Source: Amphiscolops sp. MND2022 (Eukaryota). Taken from it: 64,000 bases of DNA. Below the pieces are notes generated by a model. It had not been told where the DNA came from. It did not search any database and was given only the letters and a program-made list of their open reading frames with translations. This document shows, one piece after another, positions 23,462 to 37,000 of this stretch. The translations under genes and the position numbers were made by a program. The stretch spans positions 44,456,001-44,520,000 of the forward strand of contig OZ076413.1 in NCBI GenBank assembly GCA_964187785.1, read 5' to 3'. Position 1 is the stretch's first letter. Each line of letters opens with the position of its first letter.

Positions 23462-24479
23462 ACATTTTGGCTTTTTTTGAAGTTTTCTGTAAAGGAAATA
23501 GGTTTCCCGAGTCGTGAGGGTGACTTCTTCGATACTTTTGATCATATGCAACTGACGAGGTTTCTTCTTGATTGTGGAACTTACCTCTTTTCACTTTTTC
23601 GACTCTGTGCGTCTTTCCGAAACTTTCATTTGTTCAAAGAGTACTCCCTTGCTATCATAGCTAATTTCGGCTTGAGAAAAGTAGTTTTGTGAGCTGAAAC
23701 TCGTTTCGCCACGTTATAACTTTACCGGAAAAATCAAAACTGGATTTTTTGTGATTCCTGTAGGCGAAAAGTGGTTTCCTAATTTTATGCGTGTTTCTTG
23801 GGAGTCTTTTCGGTACTCTGAAATTGATAGAAACTTGAAACTAGGGTCTTTTGCAAGTTTAGGAAACTTGAGCGCCGCGTCAACTTGGGCCAATCACGAC
23901 TTGTTATTTTTTTGCACATGGTTTCACCAGAAGTGTCAAAAATCGGAAATAATTTTGACATCATTGGGTTCACTTTGAGGAACTTTTCAAACATGAATCT
24001 ACAGATGTCTCTTCAAAATTAAGCCTACTTAACACCAAGTTTAGCTGCCGTTGATTGTTTACACCATTCAACCCACTAAGTGGGTCGAAACATCTTCCTT
24101 TGGAAGGTAAACTCCATATCTAATGATTTTGCTTGGAGGTTTTTGAATCTTAAATATTGGATAAATGATGTCGAAATTTACGTTGTCAAGTAAAGTTGGG
24201 CGAATAAACTTGTCTGATATCTTTCGAAACATTACCGGTAGCGCCACGATTCGATTGAATTCTGAGCCTATGGTATTTCTGATTGAAGTAAATTTTCCGA
24301 CAGAGACCAAAATTGGGACAATGTTGTCGAAAATAAAATTAAACACTCGAGTCAATGAGGTCCATGGAAGTTCTTTTCTTCAAAAATTTTCGTGGTTTGA
24401 CAGAAAACTGGGATTAGTTTGTCAAACAATGCGCTTTTTTCTTGCTTCATGGATTTTTGCAAAATGAAATTATCTCTTC

Positions 24480-26360
24480 AAAATTGGCTACTGGAGATAA
24501 CCAGGATTAACCGTTGTCCAGTTTTCTAAACATTTTATGCGAGCAAGTAGCTCAAAATGTGTACAAAAAACTGCCTTAAATTGAATAAAAACATGAAAAA
24601 GCTCAGTTTTTCCAATTTTTGTGTCATTCTGAGGAATGTTTCGACCACAAAATAGACAGTTTTTTTTGAAAAACGTGCATCGGTCCTAGCTTCATCTAAA
24701 GCTTTTCGAAGCTTTTATTTCACCAAAATTTTCCAATCTTCAACTTTTTGCGGTAAATTATGAGCCATTTTTTCAACGAAGTCTGCAAATATTCCTTTGA
24801 AAGCCTACTGGATTATGAGTTCAGTCTTTGTTGAACGTTTGCCAACACTCTGACTTCAAAACGATTCGAAAAGTACACAAAAACGAAGATGTTGAAGTTT
24901 TTCGACTCCCTTGGAGTCATTCGGAAGTGTTTTTGAAGCAAAACGCTGCAACGTTATCTTCAAAAAATGTAATGCAAAGCTCGTTCTTTCGTTGTTGAGT
25001 TGATTGTGTTGGAACTTAGATGGAAATCATTCGGAAAACGTATCGAAAGCGACAAAAACTTCAAATTGTTCACCGTTAATGGTCAGTTTGCGAATTCATC
25101 TTATCTCGTGACGAAAGCTCACCGAAACAACAAGTGTGCCCATTTTTTGTCGTTTTAACAGTCTAGTCCACAAAGTCTATCGATAATTTGACGAAAATAG
25201 TGAAATTCAGAAAAATTATCGAAATTTTGTCTTTTCGATGTCAATTCCGGAGTTTTTATTGGAAAACTGCAATTATCTCTTTTCTCATCATACTGGAAAA
25301 CACATTTTTTCCTTGTTGATCATTTTCAACGTTCCAGTTGAAAAAGTCTGTCGGAAATTTGAAAAAAATTCTCAAATTCTTAGAAAGTTGGAAAAGTTTG
25401 GGATTTTTGTCATTTTCCGTGTCGATTTGAGACATTTTTATTCAGAATATTGCAACTATCTCTTCAGTAAAGACTACTGGACATTCAATTTTCTCATTGT
25501 TGACCCTTTAAAACAATCTAATCTGCGAAGACTGTCGAAACTTTAACATGAATGCATAAAATCTTCGAAAATTGGAAAATTTTGTGTTGTTTGTCATTTT
25601 GGTGTTCATTTGAGACACTTTCACTTAAACAATTGCATTAAACTCCTCGGGAAAACCTACCGGACAACACATTCTTACCTGGTTGAACCTTTCCGACGTT
25701 CCAATCCACAAAGTCCGTCGAGAATTCGGAGAAAAATATGCACAAAATCTTTGGAAATTGTGGGTTTTTGGTCATTTTCGGTGTCAATTAGAGATTTTTC
25801 ATTTAGAAAACAGCAATTATCTTTTAGGAAAAGACTACTCGACAACGAATTAGTGCCATGTTGAGCATTTTCAACATTCTAATTCACGAAATCTACCGAA
25901 AATTTGACCAAATTTGCGTATAAACGTTAAAAATCGGGAACGTTTGGAACTTTTGTCATTTTTGGGGTCATTTTTCTTTCAAAAAACAAAAAACCGCTAT
26001 TATCTCTTTATAGAAGTCTATTGGACAACCAATTTGTGCCTATTTGAATCTTTTTAACATTTTAATCCAGCAAGTTTGTCGGAAATTCAACAAAAACTGC
26101 AGAAAAACGTTCAGAATTGGGGAAAAATTCGAACTTTTGTTAATTTTGGGGTCATTTTTTGGTCCTTGGGGTCAACTAAAAAAAATCCGGAAATCTCCAC
26201 TAAAACAAATTGCACGAAGTTAAATTTATGTGTGTTGAATACTATGGGTAACACCCTTAAAATTAAATATAAATTTGGTTCTTGGCAAACTCTGTAAAAA
26301 AACGTTTGATTTAAATATTTTCCTTTCCCATATGAAATATGGGCGGAAAATATACAAATC
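24480..26360. repeat. Degenerate repeat with internal ~180-bp periodicity; its end recurs inverted at ~33600
   Basis: Recurrent TTTGTCATTTT(C/T)GG..TCA..T and ACTACTGGACA motifs; CCTTTCCCATATGAAATATGGGCGGAAAA (26322) matches the inverse at 33601. Confidence 0.5.
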
Positions 26361-26546
26361 ATGGAAAAGTTTTAGTTGCGGTCAAAGTAGGAAGTTTTTT
26401 GGCTTTCGTTTCTTGAAACTTCTAATTATCAACAGAAAATTATTTTAGAATTCAATGAAAGATGTCAAACTGAGTGACTTACACAGTCAAGACAATTCAT
26501 TTCTCCTAAAAACAAAAATCTCACAAATCTTTTGTCGTTTAGTTCA

Positions 26547-27028
26547 TTTTTAGTCGGCGCTTTCAACAATAAAAGAGCCCGACTATTACAGTCACTCGTT
26601 TTTTTTATTTAAGACAGATTCGAAGCGACGAACGTTAACGTTCAACTAAAGGAAACTAAATACCAGGGAAACGCATGTAAATTATTCCAAAGGATCCCCC
26701 CTTTGGTTTTTACTTTTTAAACGTTACCTACAAACCCGGACGGGACTAAAGGGTCCCCCTTTCGATTTTAGTTCGGCACTGTGCGACTTTCTTTCGAAAT
26801 TTTCTTAATGTCCCCAAAGGGTCCCCCTCTGAGTTTTTTGTTATTTTGCTACAGAATGCGTGTTTATAAATCAAAAAGGGTCCCCCTTTCACATTTTTCG
26901 GCACTGTGCGACATTTTCCGAAAGAACATTTTTTTCAAAAATTTCAAGTTTATTTCCAAAAAAAATGTTTTGCGCTTTTTGAGCCTTAGATATAGCGCGC
27001 GCCGACTTGAGACGTTCCCGTCTTGTTT
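26547..27028. mobile_element. Complete HINE-like element in a duplicated segment
   Basis: Both termini intact; an empty paralogous site exists at ~18631-18660. Confidence 0.85.
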
Positions 27029-27618
27029 CATTTGGCTCCCTAAAGTTATACTGCTAAAATCTAACCCGGCATCTGTTTGGTTGTAAAGTAAAAAGACATA
27101 ATAGGGTACAGAAAGTGGGCGGAAAATAAAAATCAAAAAGCAAAACGGGAATAACGTCTAAAGCCAAGACATGCTCATTGAAAAAACTTGAAAGATCAAA
27201 AACTTTATTCGTCTCGAAACGAAATGTGGATCTGAACGCATTTTTAACTTTGATTTCATAAATGGTTTCGCCGTTTCAATGGGGAATGCTTCGGCAGCAT
27301 TGAACCATAAAAATACTATACGTTCTATTTTTTGTTGAAAGTGAAAAACCAAATATGAGTGAACTAGGCATTGAAATATATACAAGATGTGAATAGTTGT
27401 CCCAATTGAACTCCGGTTAATTTTTTGTTTCCAAATTGGATTGTTTTTCCAAACTATATAAACTATTCTTCGACCATTTTGACCGTATTCGACACTAGAC
27501 ATCAAAAATTTTGAATATCGCTGGCGCTAATTTTTTGCGCCGACTTTGAGCTGTTCTCGACTTGTTATGTTGCATCTTAAAATCTACTGAACAAAATTCC
27601 AGATTTTTCTCTGCAAAT

Positions 27619-27819
27619 CATTACAGTGCACAGGCAAGCTATTTTGCTGTTTTCGTGGAATCCGGGACACGAAAATTGAGAAAAGTCGTGGAATCCGGGA
27701 CACGAAAATTGACGTAATTTGCCAATTTTGCACGGATAAAGGTATGGTCGTGGAATCCGAGATATTGAAAGCACTATGTTGCGCTTTGAGCAAATAAGGC
27801 TTGCCTGTGCACTCTAATG
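27619..27819. mobile_element. CACTA/EnSpm-like MITE (201 bp)
   Basis: TIRs CATTACAGTGCACAGGCAAGC / GCTTGCCTGTGCACTCTAATG, 2-bp TSD AT, internal GTGGAATCCG repeats. Confidence 0.7.
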
Positions 27820-28034
27820 ATTGTTTCCGTCCACAAGGATGCTGCTTACAAATAAAGCGATTTGTCGCAGTGTTCAGTATATTATCAGCTTTCGATTCAG
27901 ATGCCTGGCAGGGCACTATCAAAAGCATTCCAAAAAAGTTTGAGAAAAATTATCAATTACTCCAAATTAATACAATGGTCTCAATTACAAAGTTATGTAT
28001 AAAAAATTCCCATTTTAAGCTATTTTATTCCGTA

Positions 28035-31000
28035 TCATTTTTCTTTTTGAGTTTTCAATCTGGGATCAGATGAGGGGGTTTTTCGTTTGTGTTGAGAGAA
28101 CGAGGAACTGGGTTGTAGCTCGACTCTTTCTTTCAGGGTGTGCGAGGATCCTGTTGGACCAGCGGTCTGAAATGAAAATGTTCTCTCACTTTATTTGTGA
28201 ATTATTGAATAATTGATATGTTGTTCTACATCTAAAGGTTGTTATCTTTCGATTGTGACCACTGCCAAGGTAATTGAATGGAAAATTGAAAAAATGTTTT
28301 TGAAATTCGTCAAATTTCGACACTTTTGGACCATCATTTCTCGACAATAAAAGCAAAACGCGAAAATCGATTCCACTCCAATGATTCCAAGCATAATTAT
28401 CGTATAAAAAAGTGCGTGAAAAGTCAGAAAATCAGGTTTGTCAAAAAATTTTTTTATTGAAAAAAAAACAATTATACATGTTTTTTATCGCAAAAAACAT
28501 TTTTTTTGTTTTTTATGTTTTATTTTTGAGTGACTTGTATAAACAAAAACATGTTTTTCATCAATTTTTCATTTCAAAATGATACAAATCAACTGTAACT
28601 GTCAGAATTTATGAACTTCACTTAAGCAGAGTTCAGTTGCCGATAGAGGAATGCCATTTTCCCTGTTTTTTGAACATCCAAATTTTTCCATCACTTTCAA
28701 TTTTTTTGAAGAAAATCCAACTTTGATCTTCTTTTCTACCCATTTCTATCTGAAATATATTCCAAACATGAAAAATGTTTTGAAACATGTTTTTTTACCT
28801 GGTGTTTTAAAACATGTTTTAAAACATGACAACAGTGCAGAAAATTGAAAAGTTATCAACAAAAACCACCTTTCTAACAGAAGGAAATCCTCAAAACTTT
28901 GATAATGAACAAATAATGACAAAAAACGATGTCTAAATGGATGATATCTAATGCTCCTTCGGACAAAATTTTTGCACGGTCGTGAAAAGGAAACACTGGA
29001 ACAACCTTGTCTCAAGATAGAAAAGTACGCCTAACTAACCTTCATTGTTTTCTTAGTTTGTGCCAATGCCTCTTGGCTTATCTCCATACTCTTGGGACGG
29101 GGTCGTTTGTTAGTGGAAGCCAGTTCTGTCTCCAAGTCCCCCATTGGATCTTGTGGCGAAGCGAGTCCCATGACACTTTTATGGAACTTGGACAGACTCA
29201 GGTTCAATTTGGAGTCATTCAGCTTAGATAATTTGGTCTCTGAAAAGAAAACAAAGAACAACTAGTTAGATCACAAACCCAAACTAGGTCGTCAAAATTA
29301 AAATATTTTTTCCATAATAACGATCATAATCAGCAAATCTTTTTGTTGGTCTACACAGAAAAAGTTGGTCTACGACGTGTAATAAAACATGACTACAAAC
29401 TACATCTGTAACTAATGAATGTATAATGCACAAATAACAAACGTTCATTGTTGGGTGCTGGAAAATAATAATGTCTCACAAGCCGAAGTGCCGGTTTATC
29501 CTGATATAATCACCAAAAAGTTTCCATCATGTTTCAATCAGAAAGTTCCCTAAATGTTTTGATACCGATTGGCACTGGAATCAAATCAAGCTTTGCAAAA
29601 TGAAGATACTGACGGAAGGTGTCGTTCAATTCCTGGAGCTCAATCTGGTAGTTTTTCAATCGGTTTCTGGTCGCGTTCACTCCTTTTACACTTTCTGGGA
29701 GCTGCATCTGATCCAAAATTAGTGCAGTAGATTCCATTCTCTCACTCAGCTCCATGCACTCAGCAGTAAGTTTCTAAGAAAAACTTTGTTGAAAACATTT
29801 CACCATGTAACGTTTAGTTCAAAACTCTACTTTATCATCGAGATTAAGAAGGTAAAAAAATTCATGTGTACGATAAGAAAAGTTGATTGGAAACAAAACA
29901 AACTGAATTTTCTTTGTGACCAACTGTTTGTTGATGAAACGAATTTGAAACAGATTTTCAATACATTTTAATTACAAGGGTGTAATGGAGGTCCATTTCA
30001 AGCAGTTAACTATTTTAAAACTCGATTTTTTGCAAACAAGTAGATTCGGAATTTGACATGATCTTAGATGGAGGTTATTGTCCAAACTTGGTTATAAAAA
30101 TACCTGATATGTTTTAGTCTGAGAGTCGACCATGTTGACATCGAGATGCAGGTTTGAGAGAGATTTCACTTTCTGTTTCGAATGTTTCAGCCACACTGAC
30201 ACCTCATCTAGGTTTGATCGGATGACCTCAAAATTCTCTGCTTGTATCCTCAACAATTCCATTTTGCTGCGGAACCTGGAACAAACGACATTCTTTAGAA
30301 CATGTCAAATACCTGGGAGGTAAAGCGGGCGGGGTCTTTTACAAACTTTCTACGCTGAAAGTTTTTGCCCCCATATTCTGCAAAATGGATCAGCCTGCAT
30401 AGTCAAACAAGTTGTGAATTAAATTTTAAACATTCAGAAAATTGTTCGTATAATCGTTCTGCTGCGATACAAATTAGCTACCTGTAGAATTATTTTGCAA
30501 AAATGCAAAACATTTACTGAATTTTGAACTCTGTAAGCTTTGGAGCACAAGTGATGGCAATCTGAATGGTACCTCATTAAGATGGGTTTTAGTTGTCAAT
30601 ACTAACATGGCATGAACAAGACAAAACTTTTGGTCGCCCAAGAGAACTTTTTCGCGAACTGTCTCATTGAATTTTGTCTCAATTGAAAATCCGACGAAAT
30701 TCCTCATGAATCTCTCCAGAAAAGCAGACTGCACACATATTTCTTCATAGCATCCATGCACCGCTACCTCCGCTTCCATGAAACCGTTCTCAGTCAATTC
30801 AGGAGGGATTACTAAGCTTTCCAAAGCAGCAGTCTTCTGTTCGAACCATTCAAATACATGCCCACTCTTTGTCTCTATCAGTTGAGTTATGATGTTATCT
30901 TTGGCTTTATCAAGCTTCAATGCCGTCAACTTCTTCTCCAGGCTGACGTATTGAGCACCTGAAACATTTTTCGAAATAAGAAAAGTGGAGAACACTTCAA

Positions 31001-34000
31001 CTTGTTTGATACATCGAATTGCAGGTTTTTCGATTGTTGTTCAAAATTTATTTTATTTATTTATTTATTTTCAGAAGATCATCATGATGAAGTTCCTTCC
31101 ACAGATTTCACAAATTAGCTTCCAAGCATACGTATAAATGGAGATATTTTTCTACAAATTGAAGCTGCTTTTAAAAATGGTAAAAAAATTACTTCAATTT
31201 TTGTGCACCTCTTGAGCGATTTTTTCAATTTCTCATAGCATAAATTTATTGGTACTTATGTCCTCACGAGTGCAACTGTGATAATTCAGAGAAGAGAATA
31301 TAACGGTGCTCGGGGTCGTCTTGTTTTGCTTTCAGAGTGCAGTGGCCAAGAAAAGAAGCCTTGAAATGACCAATTGAAAGAACACCTCTCCCAGGTTTAA
31401 CACTCGAACGAATCGATAACTTACTAGATAATTATTACTTACTGAAAGAGCTCAGAAACGGTTGATACAACGACCATGTCTCAACAAACAAGTGATTGAA
31501 CGAAGTGAGCATCGTGAGAAGATGACAGTATCTCTCTACAAACTTCTTCTCCTCGAATTGGCTTTCGATCTTTGTTGCGGCGCACCGAAAATTTGGCGTT
31601 TCTACAATCTTCTCAAATACTTCTGGATCTTTTGCACTCATGACGTCATCCAAAGGTGCTTTGATCTCTTCTAACTCTGTCGTGATCCAATGGAACTCTG
31701 CGTCCATGAAACTTTTCTACAAGCAGAGTAACAGAAACGGGATCAGTTAAAATTAAGAACTGTTGCCGAAACAGAACCTGCCGACACCTTCCAATTTATT
31801 CTTCGAGAAGGGGGAATATTTGAAAAAGTTTTTAATGGGCGCCTTCGGAAAAAAAACGCGACGATTTTGTATCTCGAGACTTTTTTCTCCAGCTCACACT
31901 GTAAGGAACCCTTTTTCGTTCATTTCATTAGTTTCATTTGTGGATACTGCCCAGTTGAAAAAAAAGAGCATTGGGCCCCCTCATGGTTTATTCGGTACTG
32001 CGATAATTTTTAATTATTTTCCAAAACAGGTCTTTTGGAGAGATTAGTGCTTTTTGAGCCTTGAGCGATGTGCCGACTTGGGCCGTTCCCGGCTTCTTCC
32101 ATTTTACAAAGCAGAATATGTTTTATATATACTAACTTGATGCTGGAACCTCTCCATGTCTCCAACTATATCAACAATTTTTGTTTTCAGGGAGATGAAC
32201 GTATCATTCAGGTGCTTTGTTTCGTTCGAGATGAACTTCAATTGCTCCTCAGATGTTTCAGTGGCTCCACCCATTTCTAAGTATAGTCTCTTCAGTTCGT
32301 CGGACAGCTTGCCCAGGTTAGCAACTGGCAACTCAAACTGGCCCAGCGTTGACTCGAGTACCTGTAAGAAAGATGTTCAACATCATCCAAAATTATCAAC
32401 AACACGTTTTGAAGTGGAAGCAATTGAATTATCATCAGCTATTACAAACAAAAAGCAGCACCGTTAGTGACTCGTGATGCTCCAGTAACTTCTGGTTGGC
32501 GATCCGTCCGAAAGACTTCTTTGATTCTGACAACAGCTTCGAAATGTTGGCTCTGTGATTCTCAAACTCGCTCAGCAAGTTCATCCCTCGATGCAAGTAT
32601 GTTGCCCTATAATAGTCGAAACATAATAATTGGAGGTAAGGAAAAATCAAACCGACTAAAAAGCAAACATTTCCCTTCGTTCGGAAGTTTAAAATTTTTG
32701 ATATGATATTGATTGAATAAAGAGAATTGAATTGGGCAAACCTTTGTTTCCAGGTTGCGACCTGGCTCTGGAACAGGACGCAGTTAGAGGAGACGCTTCT
32801 TGTGAATACTTCGTAACTCTCCTCAGAGCAAATCTCAGGTCCTTCCTCGAACGTTAACTTCTGGTTAACTTGCTGCAGCAAATCATTCATCGCTTCCAAA
32901 CTCGGCTCCAACTCCTGAAGACAACAATTTCAACAAATAGACATAATTCTTCGTTTTCAAACTGAAGGGACGACCGAATCTTCGCAGTTTCCGATAAGAG
33001 TCAGCCGAAATGAAAACGGATAGCAAAACACGTCTATTGAACAGCTTTATAGGGATCAAATAGTGATTCAAACCTACCTTGAACTCCATCAGTCTGGCAC
33101 TCATGGCTTCAACTGCAAATGTTATGTTCTTTGTGTCTTCGAAGGGTGGAATCTGATTGGACAGATTTCTCAGCTGGTTAAGGAGACTCTCTATGTCGTG
33201 AATGGTGTTCAACAAAGCCACTATCTGCTCTCTTGTCTCATTCAGTGCACCAACAACAAGAGTGATGTTGTCAGCATTCTTCTTGGACAGCTTGCCGAAA
33301 TTCACAAAACTGTCAACTTCTATGTGGTACACCTAAACAGATCCCACATAACAATCAACAATCACAACGTAAATTGTGTTTCCAAATTATACAAATACAA
33401 TGAAAGCCAAAAAAGATTGTCATGAGAAACATTATATTGCTTCCAATTACTACGTAAGTGTCTGCGTTCATCAATGTGCAGTTTTCAACTTCGAACTTAA
33501 AAAAGCACTCTGAGTTTTAACGTTTCGGACACATGAAAATTCAGCTTAGAACAAAAGGTTGCAACGCCGCAGAAATGATTTCTCATTCAGCCCCTTGTCA
33601 TTTTCCGCCCATATTTCACATGGGAAAGGAGAATATTTGAATCAGCCACGTTTTTCAAGAACAAAATTTGCCATTTTCCAAAATTATATCCCAATTGAAG
33701 GTTGTCACCTTCAACTGACATATATTTACTTTGATGCGATTTGTATATGTGGAGATTTTTTGGATTTTTTTTGGTTGACCTCAAACACCCCGGAAGGATC
33801 CAAAAACGACCTCAAAAAACAAAAATTTTCGATTATTAACAATTTTATGCAATTTTTGTCACATTTTCGATAACTTGGTGGCATAAAATGTTGAAAACTT
33901 TTCCACTTTTATTCGTTTTTCATATAATTTGTGCACAATTTCAGAGGGTTTTCTTGGGTTAGATGATTCAAAACGTTCAAAGACGAAAGAACTAGCTATA

Positions 34001-37000
34001 CAGTACACCTTTTCGACCAGAAAGCTGCAGTGTTTTACTTCAACAAGACGGGAACGTCTAAAGTCGGCGCTATATCTAGAGCTCAAAAAGTGCAAAAAAT
34101 TTTTGAAAATTTTTTTCTTTCGGAAAATGTCGCATAGTGCCAAAAAATGTAAAAGGGTGGACCCTTTGGGCTTTATTAACATATATTCTGTTGCAAAATA
34201 TCGAAAAACTTGAAAGGGGGACTTATAGCCTTAGTAGTTTTAGTAGTTTCTATTGTAAGAAAAGTGGACCAATCAGAGTAAGATTGTAGTCTGACGAAAA
34301 AAAACTAGCCACTGCAATAGTCGGGCTCTTTTCACTAGAAAAGCGCCGACTAAAAACACATCGGAATAACGCCAAATGAGACTGAAAATAGGACAATTTC
34401 GTTTATTTTTCATCGTTTTTCATGTATTATTTGAGAACTTTCTCAAAATTTCTGTAGCTAGAATGTTGAAACCGTTCAAAAACGGTAAAAATTGTTCTCG
34501 AGTAGACTTTTTTTGAAGAAATCCGCATGCTCATATCGAAAAATCTTTCAAAATGACCCCAAAAAAGTCGAGAATACCAACTTTGATCTTTTCATAAATT
34601 TTTTGATAAAATTTCGTCAATTAGAAAAAAATTGGCTCATAACCAAGTATCTAGCCCGCAGTATGCCTTTCAAAAGAAAAATTTTGCAGTTTTTCAGTTA
34701 GAAAAAAAAACGGAAAATACTATCAAAAATTCAAAAGTGTTTGGCATTTTTATGCAATTTTTATAAAAATTTTCGATCTATTTCGTGGGTTAGATAGAAT
34801 GGTGATAATATTCATCATCGACTGAATCCGGTATCCAGTAGGCATTTTGGAAGATTTGAAAAGCGCGTCAAAAAAGCGTGTTTGAAAGTTTGAAAAGCGC
34901 GTCAAATTGACCCAAAGGAGACGAAAATATCAATTACTGATATTTCTGCGTGACTTTTTGTTTATACATATAAACAAATGAAAACTTTGTTTGTTAGGTA
35001 CTGGTATTCACATAGTTCAACAACAAAGCCATTCGGTACTTAGTGTATTCTTAAATCTGGTATTTCCTTTAAAAATGTGATAAGAAAATAGGCCCCTCCG
35101 GGGCACACTATTATTTCTGCTTTAATCTTTCATTATTAATAGAATCATACCTGGAATACCAATACACTCCTGTTTGATCATTATTTAGCGCACAATTATT
35201 CCCTGTACCAGTTTATACCGCCTTTAAATCTCGGACTAAAGCAAATATAACTACTAAGCGTAGTCGAAGTTTCGCATTCGCATTTGAATGCAGGCGAAGC
35301 TCTTGGCGAACGAATAAATAACACTCATTTGCTTCATCTCAATAACTCGGCGTACGAAAGCATAATTACGAACATTCACTCGCTTCATCTCAATGACGTC
35401 AGCGCACGAAAGCATAATTACCACTCGCTCGTTCCATCGCACGTGAAATCCCGTGCAAATTTTAAACAATCAAATCAGAATATTTCCTGACACTTTCCAG
35501 GTCTAATCAAACGAATCAACTTTTTTAAAGTTTGGTAATGGAAAGATATGCAAATAGAAATCAGTAATATACAATTCGCGAAACATATTACATTACATTT
35601 CACTTCATTGGAAATGATTATTACAAATTTGATAACTAAATATTTTGAAAAATGAAAATTTCATGCAGCTTTGACGACTCAATTGCTCAGTTGCTCTCAA
35701 TTGTGGTCGTGTATGAGATGTGATAAAATGGTTCCATAAAAACCGACATTACCTCGAGTTGAGAGAGAAGTGTCATGAGGTGTTCGTTGTCGAAAACGTA
35801 GGGCCTCCAAGACTGGAGTCTGTTTTGCAGAATAGTCACAAAAGCGGCAGCTTTGGTTTGCAGCTGCTCGGGTGCTAAAGTTGCCAATACAGCTGCCATT
35901 GTCTGCGAAAACATCTTTCTCACTTTGATCAAAGTTTTCTGTTGCTTGGAAAGAACCGTGTCCACTAAAAATTTTATACTTTCTTCAGGGTGCAAAGCGT
36001 ACTTTCTCAGCACCAGTCTTAATTTCACAAGTTGTATGAGACTTTCTCGCAAAAGCGAAATCACTTCTTCCGGTGAGTCCGGGGGTTCGTTGATAATTTC
36101 TTTAAAGTGGCTCTCAATTTGTTCAACTTCTAATCTTGCTTGCGTCACGTTTTCGAGTATTTCCTCGTGCTGCTTATTCAGGGCTCGTTCGACGATTTTC
36201 GCCTTTTGAGACGAACGAAGTTCTTGATCAATAGTCAACAGCTGATCTTCCAGAGTTTTCAGCACCTCAATTTCCCGACAATTTGGATCGATTTTCTGAA
36301 TTTTCAGCCGGACAATTCGAGCTTGGTCAAAAGCCTCTTTGCACTTCAGCAAGTTGCTAGCGATTAAATCGGGCGAGAGTTGATCTTTAGTTTGGTGAGC
36401 TAAGGTCAAGGCGCTTGCTTCTGATTGCAAGGAGGTCAGCATAGTTTGGATTCGAAGGAAATCCGTTTGTTTTTCGTAAAGCTTGTCCGTGATGTTTTCT
36501 AATCTCGACTTTACGCTGCAATAGAAATGTAGACAGCTTTGGATCGAGCTTTGAATTACGTCAGAAGTCTTCATGGAAGAAGTTTCAGCTATCAGCTTTT
36601 CTATTTCTCGTAACTTCCTGACTTCGAAATCTGCTCCATTTGCTCGATGCTAAAAAAATAGTCAAGAAGTGAAAGAGTAAAAAAACGAAACTATCTGCGA
36701 AAGATCTCCAAATCCACAGCAAAATTTACAAAATCAAAGCTGAAATCTGAATTGGAATGTACATAAACGGATCCGGTATAGAAATGGTTGTCTAAAGTTT
36801 CCAGCACTATAGTCACTATATAATTGAGTAAATTTGAAAAAAAAACAATGGCCAAAATGTCATCAACTTTAGTATTATACTCACCGAAATTTGATCAGAT
36901 AACAGCGACAACGAGACTTGCTCATCATTTCCACCCAGATATTCATTAGCTCGGACCCAGAGAGACACGTCCGACAAACCTTCATATATGGAGCTAAGCA

